From contig JAAOZP010000017.1 in NCBI GenBank assembly GCA_011605725.1, positions 288,001 to 352,000 on the forward strand: DNA of 64,000 bases. The letters are read 5' to 3'. This document shows positions 56,057 through 64,000 of this stretch, in pieces. The position numbers and the translations under genes are program-made. This DNA is from Nitrososphaerota archaeon. Its GTDB lineage: Archaea > Thermoproteota > EX4484-205 > JAAOZP01. Below the pieces are notes generated by a model, which had not been told where the DNA came from, searched no databases, and saw only the letters and a program-made list of their open reading frames with translations. How positions within the stretch are numbered: the first letter of the stretch is position 1; every line of letters begins with the position of its first letter.

Positions 56057-56109
56057 TCTTTCAAGATCTTAAACCCCATGGGGAAACCGTTAATAATCCT
56101 TAGAACAAG

Positions 56110-56811
56110 TTGAGAAGCATGGTTGAAGGCGCTCCAGTTATGCATGAAGGAGAACTCATCGGGTTTGTTAAGAAGGAGTATGAGACAGCTAGGCTGATAG
56201 AGGTTATTTTAACCGGCGAGCCTGGGAAGCAGATAGACCTTAATGCTCTTAATGAGACGTTAAAAAGACTCCCTAAGCCTCATAAGACTCTTCCTCCAGA
56301 AGCCGTTGAACTACTGGATGAGGATTCAATAATGGTTAGTAGAGCCTTAGCCAACTCGGTAGCGCTGCCATTCGTCAAACCAGTTATGAAAACCTTGGTT
56401 CCATTAGAAATGTTCAAGCCAATATCTGGAACCAGCCATATTCTTCAGATAGAGGTTCCAAGTAGAGACCTAACTCCCTGGATTGAAGACAGACTTGCAG
56501 GCATACCTGGATTAGCTGGCGAATGGTTCGCGGGCAAGGTTGACGGAATGATAATCAGGAGGAGGCAGGCCTCCATAGAGTCTGTCAGAACAGGAGTGAT
56601 AACTCCGCGCGCCCAAGTATCAGGCGAGTGTTTAACCATATTTGACTTCAACAATGGTTTAAAAACGTTTAAAACGCTTGCCGACATGAATATTCCGATT
56701 ATGTATGGTGACGTAATGCTTGTAGACGGGGTTCTGGAGGAGAAGAAGCTGATTTTAAAGGCGAAGCTTATTTTCCTGATAAGGTCTAGAGAAATGTGGG
56801 TTTTCGACTAG
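56110..56811 (+). CDS. Hypothetical protein
   Basis: 233-aa ORF with host-like codon use. Confidence 0.7.
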   Translation: MRSMVEGAPVMHEGELIGFVKKEYETARLIEVILTGEPGKQIDLNALNETLKRLPKPHKTLPPEAVELLDEDSIMVSRALANSVALPFVKPVMKTLVPLEMFKPISGTSHILQIEVPSRDLTPWIEDRLAGIPGLAGEWFAGKVDGMIIRRRQASIESVRTGVITPRAQVSGECLTIFDFNNGLKTFKTLADMNIPIMYGDVMLVDGVLEEKKLILKAKLIFLIRSREMWVFD

Positions 56812-57449
56812 GAAACTGGTTTCACAATGCTTGCAACGGTTTCAGGGTTCTCTGATAAACTCCCTATCTTCCAAACAGGCAGGATTAAGCAGCCTTCCAA
56901 TACTCTCGCCTCAGAATCCAGGAAAGTAACAACCAGTGGGTAAACAGGCTTCCTAATATTTTCTTTTCCCGTCAAGTACTGGTATAGAAGCCTCGTCCTT
57001 TCGAACTGAAGCCTGGAGGCTGAATGAATGTTGTAGTTTCTCTTAACCCATTGCTTGCAATCTATTGAAATAAGCATGCTCGGGGTTTCAACCAGAACAT
57101 CTATCTCCCTAACAGTCTTTTTAATCCTGAACCTGAAATGCTCCAATACTCTGAATCCTTTCACTCTGAACACCTCTGCGATTACTCTTTCAAACCCCCT
57201 CCAGTTAACCGATTTAAGAACACTCTCAAGGCTGACTCCTGATTCAAGCACTTGTTTAAGAAGCATCAGGAAGCCTTCTGGAAGCACTTTAACCCCCCTG
57301 CTTACCTCCACAGCCCCGCCTTCCTCTGAAAGCAGCTTTAAACATTCAACGTACTCCGAAGCCTCTTTCCTGCATAGGAGCGGCCCCTTCTCCAGAAGCC
57401 TTTTTAAAAGTTTGAGACAGTTTTTCCCCCAACTTTCTTCCCGCGACAT
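56808..57449 (-). CDS. PD-(D/E)xK restriction-endonuclease-like/NERD protein
   Basis: WRGFE..IAEVF, REIDVL, IDCKQW. Confidence 0.8.
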   Translation of the reverse strand: MSREESWGKNCLKLLKRLLEKGPLLCRKEASEYVECLKLLSEEGGAVEVSRGVKVLPEGFLMLLKQVLESGVSLESVLKSVNWRGFERVIAEVFRVKGFRVLEHFRFRIKKTVREIDVLVETPSMLISIDCKQWVKRNYNIHSASRLQFERTRLLYQYLTGKENIRKPVYPLVVTFLDSEARVLEGCLILPVWKIGSLSENPETVASIVKPVS

Positions 57450-57461
57450 GCTGGAGGTAGG

Positions 57462-57980
57462 ATGAGGAAGAATTATATTTATGGTTTGAAGCGTAGAACC
57501 GTGTTGAACGCTGCCTGGATACTGATCCTTACAGCCTTGCTGACGCGTCTCGATACGACGGGAAGCAATGGTGAAGTCTACATTACCGTAGTGTTGAAAG
57601 TCACTCCTTTTGAGCCTCTTGGGAAAACCGATTTCAAAGTCTATGTAAACGGTTCTTCAAGCCTATTCGGGGTTGAGCTTAAAGTAAGCCCTTCAGAACC
57701 CCTGGTTTTTAAAGTCCCTAAGGGAAGCTATCTAAGGATAAGCGGGGAACTGGAGATCGCTGGCGACTATGGTTTCTGGTATCGGTTGGAAAGCGTTAAC
57801 GGTACTGGCCGATCAATAGAGTTTAAGGCTGATCGCGACTCCACCGTGTATTTAAATTATACTGTTAATCACCTTCTTACGTCACCATATTTTATAGCTG
57901 TCTACTTGCTGTTAGCACTGCTTTTCATGAGAAGGCTCATCATGTCTCCTAAGCAGATAAAAACATTTAAAAAGCAGTGA
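57462..57980 (+). CDS. Hypothetical membrane protein
   Basis: N- and C-terminal hydrophobic segments around a beta-rich domain. Confidence 0.65.
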   Translation: MRKNYIYGLKRRTVLNAAWILILTALLTRLDTTGSNGEVYITVVLKVTPFEPLGKTDFKVYVNGSSSLFGVELKVSPSEPLVFKVPKGSYLRISGELEIAGDYGFWYRLESVNGTGRSIEFKADRDSTVYLNYTVNHLLTSPYFIAVYLLLALLFMRRLIMSPKQIKTFKKQ

Positions 57981-57998
57981 AGGAAATAAAAATGGGAA

Positions 57999-58547
57999 AT
58001 GGCTAAGAGTAGACCCGTTATACTTATAGCTGGAGAGCTTGGAGCTGGTTGCACAGAGGTTGGGGAACTCGTTTCCAGAAAGCTCGGCGGCATAGAGGTT
58101 TACAATACTGAGAGATTTATAAGAAGCTTGGTTTCCTCACCCCACTTGAGTTTCCAGACTCTCGTAGCAAAATCTGTTTCTGGAGAGATAGAGATAGAGA
58201 AGGTGTTGCAGAGCATGGTTCTAGACGTGGTTAATAATGGGCCAGCAATAATAGAGGGGAGGAGCGCCCTGTTCGTATTGACGCATGAAGTTGATTTGAA
58301 AGTCTTCCTGTATAGCGATTTAGACGGGAGGTTGAAGCATATAGCTGAAAAAAGGAAGACTGAGGACTTGAAGCAGATAGAAGAGGATATTAGAGCCTCA
58401 GACATGGATAGAAGCAGCCTTGTTGAAAGGCTTTACCGCAGGAATTGGAGAGACCCCTTGTTTTACGACATTATGATAAACACTTCTAAGGTGCCTTATG
58501 AAGAAGTAGCTTCATTCATAGTCGAGGCTCTAAAGCTTAAGCGTTAA
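57999..58547 (+). CDS. Cytidylate kinase-like protein
   Basis: IAGELGAGCT, IIEGRSA, DMDR...LY, YDIMINTS. Confidence 0.8.
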   Translation: MAKSRPVILIAGELGAGCTEVGELVSRKLGGIEVYNTERFIRSLVSSPHLSFQTLVAKSVSGEIEIEKVLQSMVLDVVNNGPAIIEGRSALFVLTHEVDLKVFLYSDLDGRLKHIAEKRKTEDLKQIEEDIRASDMDRSSLVERLYRRNWRDPLFYDIMINTSKVPYEEVASFIVEALKLKR

Positions 58548-58609
58548 TCATAATTGAACTCATGCTGAACATTAAAGATTTATATATAACTTAGCGGAAA
58601 ACACTACTC

Positions 58610-58783
58610 ATGAGTGGAGCAGCTACTGGTGGAGAAGCTAAACCTGTGCAGCCAGCTCCAACGCCTGCGCCCGCACCGGCACCGGCACCTGCGCCTGCGC
58701 CTGCAAAGCCTCCGGCTAAGAAGGCTAAAAAGGCGGCTAAAAAGACTAAGAAGGCTAAAAAGGCCAAGAAAGCCAAGAAATAA
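58610..58783 (+). CDS. 57-aa Pro/Ala/Lys-rich histone-H1-tail-like protein (not in ORF track)
   Basis: MSGAATGGEAKPVQPAPTPAPAPAPAPAPAPAKPPAKKAKKAAKKTKKAKKAKKAKK; TTTATATA at 58579, oligo-T at 58797-58808; synonymous codon variation within the repeats. Confidence 0.8.
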   Translation: MSGAATGGEAKPVQPAPTPAPAPAPAPAPAPAKPPAKKAKKAAKKTKKAKKAKKAKK

Positions 58784-58807
58784 GGGTATAAACACGTTTT
58801 TTCTTTT

Positions 58808-59443
58808 TCAGCATAATAATCGGACAATGTCTTTAAGACTGTTAACGACAAACAAGGCTCCATGAGCATCCGGCACAGGAGCTCCTGGTTTAACGCATAA
58901 GATGGATATTCTAACAGCTTTAAACATGCTTTTATCGTGCATACTGTCCCCAACAGCAGCGGCCTCGCTCAACGGAATAGAGTGTTTTCCACAGACTCTT
59001 TTTAAAACATCCACCTTTCTCGAAGGATCCACGTTTATTTCTACTGCTCCTGTGAAACAACCCTTACTGTCGAAAACCATTCTATTAGAGATACATTCGT
59101 CGGCACCAAGGGCTTTACACACTTTTTCAGCAAGCACATCTAAGCCGCTTGAAACAATTACTCTTAAAACCCCTTTCTCTGCAAGCTGGTTGAAGACAAA
59201 ATATGCTTCAGGCTTTATTCGGACACTGGAGAACACCTGTTCGAAGAAAGACCTGTGTAGCCCCCTAGGCCATAGGCTGACATCGTGCTTAACGAATTCC
59301 TCATAGTTTATTTCCCCCCTTGAGAATTTTTCAAGCGCCCTTCTAGCAATATGGTCAGTCCCTAAGAACCTGTGGACGGTTCGCCAGCTGCTCTCCTCTT
59401 CAACGAGCGTACCATCCATGTCGAAGAAAACTATCCTAACCAT
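58808..59443 (-). CDS. HAD-IB phosphatase (phosphoserine phosphatase-like)
   Basis: FDMDGTL, VSSG, K, VGDSMHD. Confidence 0.88.
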   Translation of the reverse strand: MVRIVFFDMDGTLVEEESSWRTVHRFLGTDHIARRALEKFSRGEINYEEFVKHDVSLWPRGLHRSFFEQVFSSVRIKPEAYFVFNQLAEKGVLRVIVSSGLDVLAEKVCKALGADECISNRMVFDSKGCFTGAVEINVDPSRKVDVLKRVCGKHSIPLSEAAAVGDSMHDKSMFKAVRISILCVKPGAPVPDAHGALFVVNSLKDIVRLLC

Positions 59444-60003
59444 TGCGTCAAGCTCATTGTTTCAATGAAGGCTGAAGTAAGCAGCAGGCTGCCGACTATT
59501 AGGAGAGTTGTCAAGTAACCCTTCAGCTCCCTGCTAACCCTTTTCTCAATTACGGCAAAGAGGCCGGATAACCCTTGGGCGGAAGCCAAGCCGTAAGCTA
59601 GGAACTCAAGTATGCCGGATGGTGTTGATAGGAGCCTGACGGCTAGCGAGAGCGAGTCAAGGTTTTTTAAAGTAGAGATTGCTGAAACCGCGACCCCAGT
59701 GGTTGACGACGAGACTATGCTGAAGCCGAACCCTATGATTGGAATCATCATAATGATGCTTATGCTAAGATTATGCGCGAAAATATCTATCGGCCCTGTA
59801 AAACCCATGCTTGTCGAAACCGAGGAGTATATTTCCTCGGCGAAAGACTTCTCAAGGGGAATTGTGGAGGAGATAAGGAAAACCGTTGAAAAAAGGAAAA
59901 CCGTTATGGGGAAAAGACCCCATTTCGTGTGGAGGAATGAGGGGAATACCCCGCTATCCTGACTGCCTTTATGGCTTAAGCATGGTTTTTCAACAGTCTG
60001 CAA
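59431..60003 (-). CDS. SpoIIM-family membrane protein
   Basis: IFAHNL, PSGILEFLAY, SAFIET. Confidence 0.75.
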   Translation of the reverse strand: MQTVEKPCLSHKGSQDSGVFPSFLHTKWGLFPITVFLFSTVFLISSTIPLEKSFAEEIYSSVSTSMGFTGPIDIFAHNLSISIIMMIPIIGFGFSIVSSSTTGVAVSAISTLKNLDSLSLAVRLLSTPSGILEFLAYGLASAQGLSGLFAVIEKRVSRELKGYLTTLLIVGSLLLTSAFIETMSLTQWLG

Positions 60004-60092
60004 ACTTGGAAGAACCCTGAGCCGTCTAAAATATAAGGTTTACTGAAAACTCCAGTCTTTTGCTTAAATATCTCGGCTTCATTCAACCAGGC

Positions 60093-60638
60093 ATGGGCAG
60101 TGAGAGCATTGTTAAAATCGAGACTCTCTACAGGGGTAGAATAATATCTCTCCACAAGTACCATGTTTCATTCAGGGGTTTAAGGTTTTTCAGGGAGATC
60201 GTTGAGCATCCTGGTGCTGTCGCAGTTATACCTGTTAAAGACGACGGTAGAATCGTCATGATTAGGCAGCATAGGCTTCCCGCCGGAAGAAGTCTCGTTG
60301 AAATACCTGCAGGAACAATGAGGACCGGCGAGAATGAGGAGGAGTGCGCCCGTAGAGAGCTTCTTGAAGAAACAGGATACAGGGCACGGGTTTTGAGAAA
60401 AATATTAAGCTTCTATCCGGCGCCAGGATACTCCACTGAGAAAATAACTTTGTTTCTCGCAAACAGTCTGGAAAAAGGAGAGCAGATGCTTGAAGAAGAC
60501 GAAGCCATAGAGGTGATGGAGATACCGGTGGAGGAGGCTGTTAAGCTGTTGGAGAACGGTTTGGTGGAGGATGCTAAGACGATCATCGGGTTATACTGGC
60601 TTGCTGAGCAGTTTAAAACAGTTAGACATGTTGGATAA
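60093..60638 (+). CDS. NUDIX hydrolase (ADP-ribose pyrophosphatase-like)
   Basis: EHPGAV, EIPAG...ARRELLEETG, DAKTIIG. Confidence 0.93.
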   Translation: MGSESIVKIETLYRGRIISLHKYHVSFRGLRFFREIVEHPGAVAVIPVKDDGRIVMIRQHRLPAGRSLVEIPAGTMRTGENEEECARRELLEETGYRARVLRKILSFYPAPGYSTEKITLFLANSLEKGEQMLEEDEAIEVMEIPVEEAVKLLENGLVEDAKTIIGLYWLAEQFKTVRHVG

Positions 60639-60685
60639 GCTGGAGACCGATACCCATATATTCGAGATGATTTTAATTCCGTTTC

Positions 60686-61519
60686 ATGAGTAATGGGGAA
60701 ACGGCTCTGCCTAGGCTGGATTACGCGAGGGTTGCAAGCTACATAGCGGCCAGGCTTAAACAGTATTTTGAAGCCTCCGGAAGGAGGGTGGGTGTAGTGG
60801 GTCTATCGGGAGGAGTAGACAGTAGTGTAGTAGCATACTTAACCACAATGGCTCTGGGGAGAGACATGACGAGGCTTTACCTCATGCCTTCAAGCGTCAC
60901 GCCTAGGGAGGATATGGAGGATGCTATTAGCGTCGTCGAGAAGCTTGGAATACCGGATGGAAACTGGAGGATAATAAGTATTGATGAGATCGTTGAATCC
61001 TTTGAGAAGAAGCTTGGGCAAATGGGGAGGGTTGAAAGAGGAAACATAATGGCGAGAATAAGGATGACAATACTCTACCATGAGGCTGCTGTTAACAATG
61101 GACTGGTCGTAGGGTCAGGAGACAGAAGCGAATACCTCTCCGGGTATTTTACGAAGCATGGTGACGGTGGGGCTGATGTTCTTCCAATAGCAGGGCTGTA
61201 CAAGACTCATGTGCGGCAGCTTGCGGAGTATCTGAAAATCCCTGAGAGAATATGGGTTAAGCCGCCCTCTCCAGCCTTATGGCCAGGTCAAACAGCCGAG
61301 GAAGAGCTTGGAGTAGACTACACTACGCTGGACACGATACTCTACTTGAGGTTCGACAGGAAGCTTAGCGGGGAAAAGATACACAGGGTTTCCGGCATAC
61401 CCTTGGAAACCGTGGAGAGAGTTCTGGAAAGAGTTAGGCTTACAAGACATAAGAGGCAGTTGCCGAAAAGATTCTTGATAGACTATGAGGAAATGGGTGT
61501 TAAACGCTCCTCCGGCTAA
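60686..61519 (+). CDS. nadE: NH3-dependent NAD+ synthetase
   Basis: GLSGGVDS, GNIMARIRM, GYFTKHGDG, KPPSPALW. Confidence 0.95.
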   Translation: MSNGETALPRLDYARVASYIAARLKQYFEASGRRVGVVGLSGGVDSSVVAYLTTMALGRDMTRLYLMPSSVTPREDMEDAISVVEKLGIPDGNWRIISIDEIVESFEKKLGQMGRVERGNIMARIRMTILYHEAAVNNGLVVGSGDRSEYLSGYFTKHGDGGADVLPIAGLYKTHVRQLAEYLKIPERIWVKPPSPALWPGQTAEEELGVDYTTLDTILYLRFDRKLSGEKIHRVSGIPLETVERVLERVRLTRHKRQLPKRFLIDYEEMGVKRSSG

Positions 61520-61738
61520 AGCCTGTGGATTCCCTGCTCCCCAAGGCTAAGTCTCTCAATGTACCGGTTAAGCCGCTAACAACAACTGCCGTAAGCGTGG
61601 AACAGATGACGCTTCATATTTTTAACCGTGCTATTGTAGTTAGCGCTGTAAAAATGTTTGAACATTTTAAACACGATTTCCTGTTGAGACGGTTAAACAT
61701 AAAGAATATTAATTAATCTAGAGCTTGAGAAACAGGGT

Positions 61739-62377
61739 TTGAGCAGTCTAGTGGAGATAGCCTTGACGTCATTCGTTGTTGCTCTTTCAGGAGCCTTAGC
61801 CCCCGGCCCTCTCATGGTGACGGCAGTCAGAGAGTCTTCAAGCAATAGGAGCAGTAAACCAGGGTTGCTCCTTTCCCTTGGACACGCCTTTGCTGAAGCG
61901 CCAGTGACCATAATCCTGGTATACGGGTTGCTCATCGTTGACAAGACGGTTCTCCCATACCTTAGCCTTATAGGCGGGGCTTTCCTTGTTGCAACAGGGC
62001 TCCTGGCAATCCTTAAGCCCAGCCGTAGGAACCTTGGTTATGAGGGAGAAACCGGGAGACGTGGAGTGTTAACGCTGATTATGCTCGGCGCCGCGGTTTC
62101 TTTTTCAAACCCCTACTGGACCACTTGGTGGGTTACGATAGGAGCTGCTTATGTTTCTAAAGCGCTTGCAATCGGAGGCCTCGGAGTCTTCTTTTTCTAT
62201 GTGAGCCATGAAATGGGAGACCTGTTGGTCCTGGGTTTAGTATCGAAAGCAGCAGCCAACGGGGCTGAAAGTATCGGTGAAAAAGGGTTTAAAATCCTAG
62301 TAGCAGTTTGCAACCTTGCGATCATGATGATAGGAGTATACTTCATGCTTGAGGGAGTAAGAGCCTTAACAGCATAG
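61739..62377 (+). CDS. LysE-family transporter
   Basis: SGALAPGP, GHAFAE, SNPYW..WW.TIG. Confidence 0.88.
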   Translation: MSSLVEIALTSFVVALSGALAPGPLMVTAVRESSSNRSSKPGLLLSLGHAFAEAPVTIILVYGLLIVDKTVLPYLSLIGGAFLVATGLLAILKPSRRNLGYEGETGRRGVLTLIMLGAAVSFSNPYWTTWWVTIGAAYVSKALAIGGLGVFFFYVSHEMGDLLVLGLVSKAAANGAESIGEKGFKILVAVCNLAIMMIGVYFMLEGVRALTA

Positions 62378-62518
62378 CGGATGCACCTCTGTTGAGACTG
62401 CTTATGTAAACAGGCCTTCTCTAAAGCTAAAAACTGGTTGAGAGAAACCTTATCCGTAGGGTTGACTGTTTTACGGCTGAAAGAGAATGTTTTTCAACCG
62501 TCATGAATCTAATGCATT

Positions 62519-64000
62519 GTGGAAAGCCCGTCCAGCGAAACGGTTGTTTCGATGCTTGCGGAACCAGTGGCGAGGCTGGTTGTTGAGAAAGGCCTTATCC
62601 CCCTTACTGAGCCACAGTTAATGGCAATACCTAAGATACTTAATGGGGAAAACGTTTTAATCGTGGCGCCAACCGGAATAGGCAAGACTGAGGCGGCAAT
62701 ACTCCCGATACTAAGCCTCATGCTTAAGGCTAGGGCTAATGTTGAGACGGGAATTTTCCTCATCTACATTACTCCATTAAGAGCTTTAAACAGGGATCTT
62801 GTAGACAGAATAAGCTGGTGGGCCAGTAGGCTCGACTTCAAGCTTTCAGTAAGGCATGGTGACACGTCGTCCTCTGAGAGGAGGACGCAGTCTTTAAGCC
62901 CTCCTCATATTCTTGTAACCACTCCTGAAACCTTCCAGATACTTCTAATAGGATCCAGATTGAGGAGTCATCTTAGAACCGTCAGGTGGATCGTGGTCGA
63001 CGAGCTTCACGAGATTGCCTCAGACAAGAGGGGAAGCCAGTTGTCACTCGCCATGGAGAGGCTTAAGAAAATCGTGGGTGAAAGAATACAGATCATAGGG
63101 CTCTCGGCAACAATAGGGGAGCCGGAACTCCTAGCCCGCTTCATGGTTGGTTCAGGCGGTGACTTCAGTGTTGTTTCAACACCTGTTCCTCGAGACATGG
63201 AGATAGGCATGGTTCTACCGGATGTTACTGATGAGGACTATGCTGTAGCCGAGAAGCTTTTGACAACACCGGAAGTGGCAGCAAGACTCCGCGTTATAAA
63301 GGAGGTTCTTAAAGACAGGCGGGCAGTACTTCTTTTCACGAACACTAGGGCTACTGCTGAAGCACTGTCCAACAAGCTGCTTGTGATGAACCTTCCGACA
63401 CCGATTTCAATCCACCATGGCTCACTTGGAGCTCAGGCACGGGTTAAAGCTGAAGAAGGCTTGAAGGAGGGGGAGTTGAGAGGCCTAGTGTGCACATCCA
63501 GTCTTGAGCTGGGGATAGACGTGGGGCTTGTAGACTTCGTTATCCAATACGGCTCGCCTAGGCAAGCCTCAAGGCTGGTTCAGAGAATTGGAAGAAGCGG
63601 GCATAGGATAGGTTTGACTCCGAAGGGGCTGATTATCTGCATGGATGAAGATGATGCTGTAGAGTCCATGGTTATAAGAAGGAGGGCTTTAAGCAATGTT
63701 TACGAACCTGTTTCACCTCCTGAAGAACCATTCGACATTTTGGCGCATCAAATCGTGGGAATGCTTCTGGAGAAACCGAGGTTAACCATGGAGGAGATCC
63801 TGAAACTGGTCAGGGGGAGCACGCCTTACACGAGGCTTTCAAGAGAATCGTTTAAACGAGTCTTAGAGTTTCTCTCATCACAGTATCCCAGGCTCTTGAC
63901 TTTCGACGAATACAGTGACACTGTGAGAGCAGGAAGGAAGAGCGGGTTGATAAAGTTCTTCTTCGAACATGTTTCAAGCATTCCTGAGGTCAAGCAGTAT
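62519..64000 (+). CDS. lhr: Lhr-family DEAD/DEAH helicase (3' end outside window; absent from ORF track)
   Basis: Manual translation: APTGIGKTEAA, YITPLRALNRD, RHGDT, TTPE, VDELHE, GLSATIG, HHGSL, CTSSLELGIDVG, QRIGRSGH. Confidence 0.92.
   Translation, partial: MESPSSETVVSMLAEPVARLVVEKGLIPLTEPQLMAIPKILNGENVLIVAPTGIGKTEAAILPILSLMLKARANVETGIFLIYITPLRALNRDLVDRISWWASRLDFKLSVRHGDTSSSERRTQSLSPPHILVTTPETFQILLIGSRLRSHLRTVRWIVVDELHEIASDKRGSQLSLAMERLKKIVGERIQIIGLSATIGEPELLARFMVGSGGDFSVVSTPVPRDMEIGMVLPDVTDEDYAVAEKLLTTPEVAARLRVIKEVLKDRRAVLLFTNTRATAEALSNKLLVMNLPTPISIHHGSLGAQARVKAEEGLKEGELRGLVCTSSLELGIDVGLVDFVIQYGSPRQASRLVQRIGRSGHRIGLTPKGLIICMDEDDAVESMVIRRRALSNVYEPVSPPEEPFDILAHQIVGMLLEKPRLTMEEILKLVRGSTPYTRLSRESFKRVLEFLSSQYPRLLTFDEYSDTVRAGRKSGLIKFFFEHVSSIPEVKQY

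Noticed and set aside
56808-57449. Restriction-modification or defence system
   Set aside because: Solitary PD-(D/E)xK protein among housekeeping genes, with no methyltransferase partner
58591-58953. ORF-track calls 58591-58953(-), 58604-58795(-) and 58614-58865(+)
   Set aside because: Alternative frames of the Pro/Ala/Lys repeat; the 58610-58783 frame fits the promoter and terminator
1-64000. CRISPR arrays, tRNA/rRNA genes, IS elements, provirus
   Set aside because: No regularly spaced repeats, cloverleaf/T-loop motifs, transposase, integrase or capsid genes seen by eye; tRNAscan-SE and Infernal would be the decisive checks

Overview
Archaeal chromosomal segment. Gene content (GPN GTPase, HerA/NurA, RadB-like, presenilin homologue, Trm14, Lhr) and TATA-type promoters point to a TACK/Thermoproteota organism; a Brockarchaeota/Bathyarchaeia-like assignment is inference only. 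It holds about 60 densely packed genes for sugar use (PfkA-family kinase, class II aldolase, GH29, frameshifted GH4), DNA repair, nucleotide and cofactor metabolism, and TldD/PmbA. I found no rRNA, tRNA, CRISPR array or transposase. Highlights: (1) a class III ribonucleotide reductase (nrdD) split by five LAGLIDADG inteins, about 75% of the 2826-aa precursor; (2) a candidate membrane-linked DNA-processing locus made of DHH-NurA-HerA, a membrane-anchored ArsR regulator with palindromic operators, and an operon of two catalytically eroded HerA/VirB4-like proteins plus a RadB-like ATPase; (3) an uncalled 57-aa histone-H1-tail-like Pro/Ala/Lys protein with its own promoter and terminator; (4) gene-fragment mosaics whose junctions fall on (CG)n runs, with TAGCGCGCG recurring; (5) two exactly 10-bp-phased RGTT repeat arrays in promoter regions, and a structured 5' leader. 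All calls come from reading motifs by eye; no searches were run.
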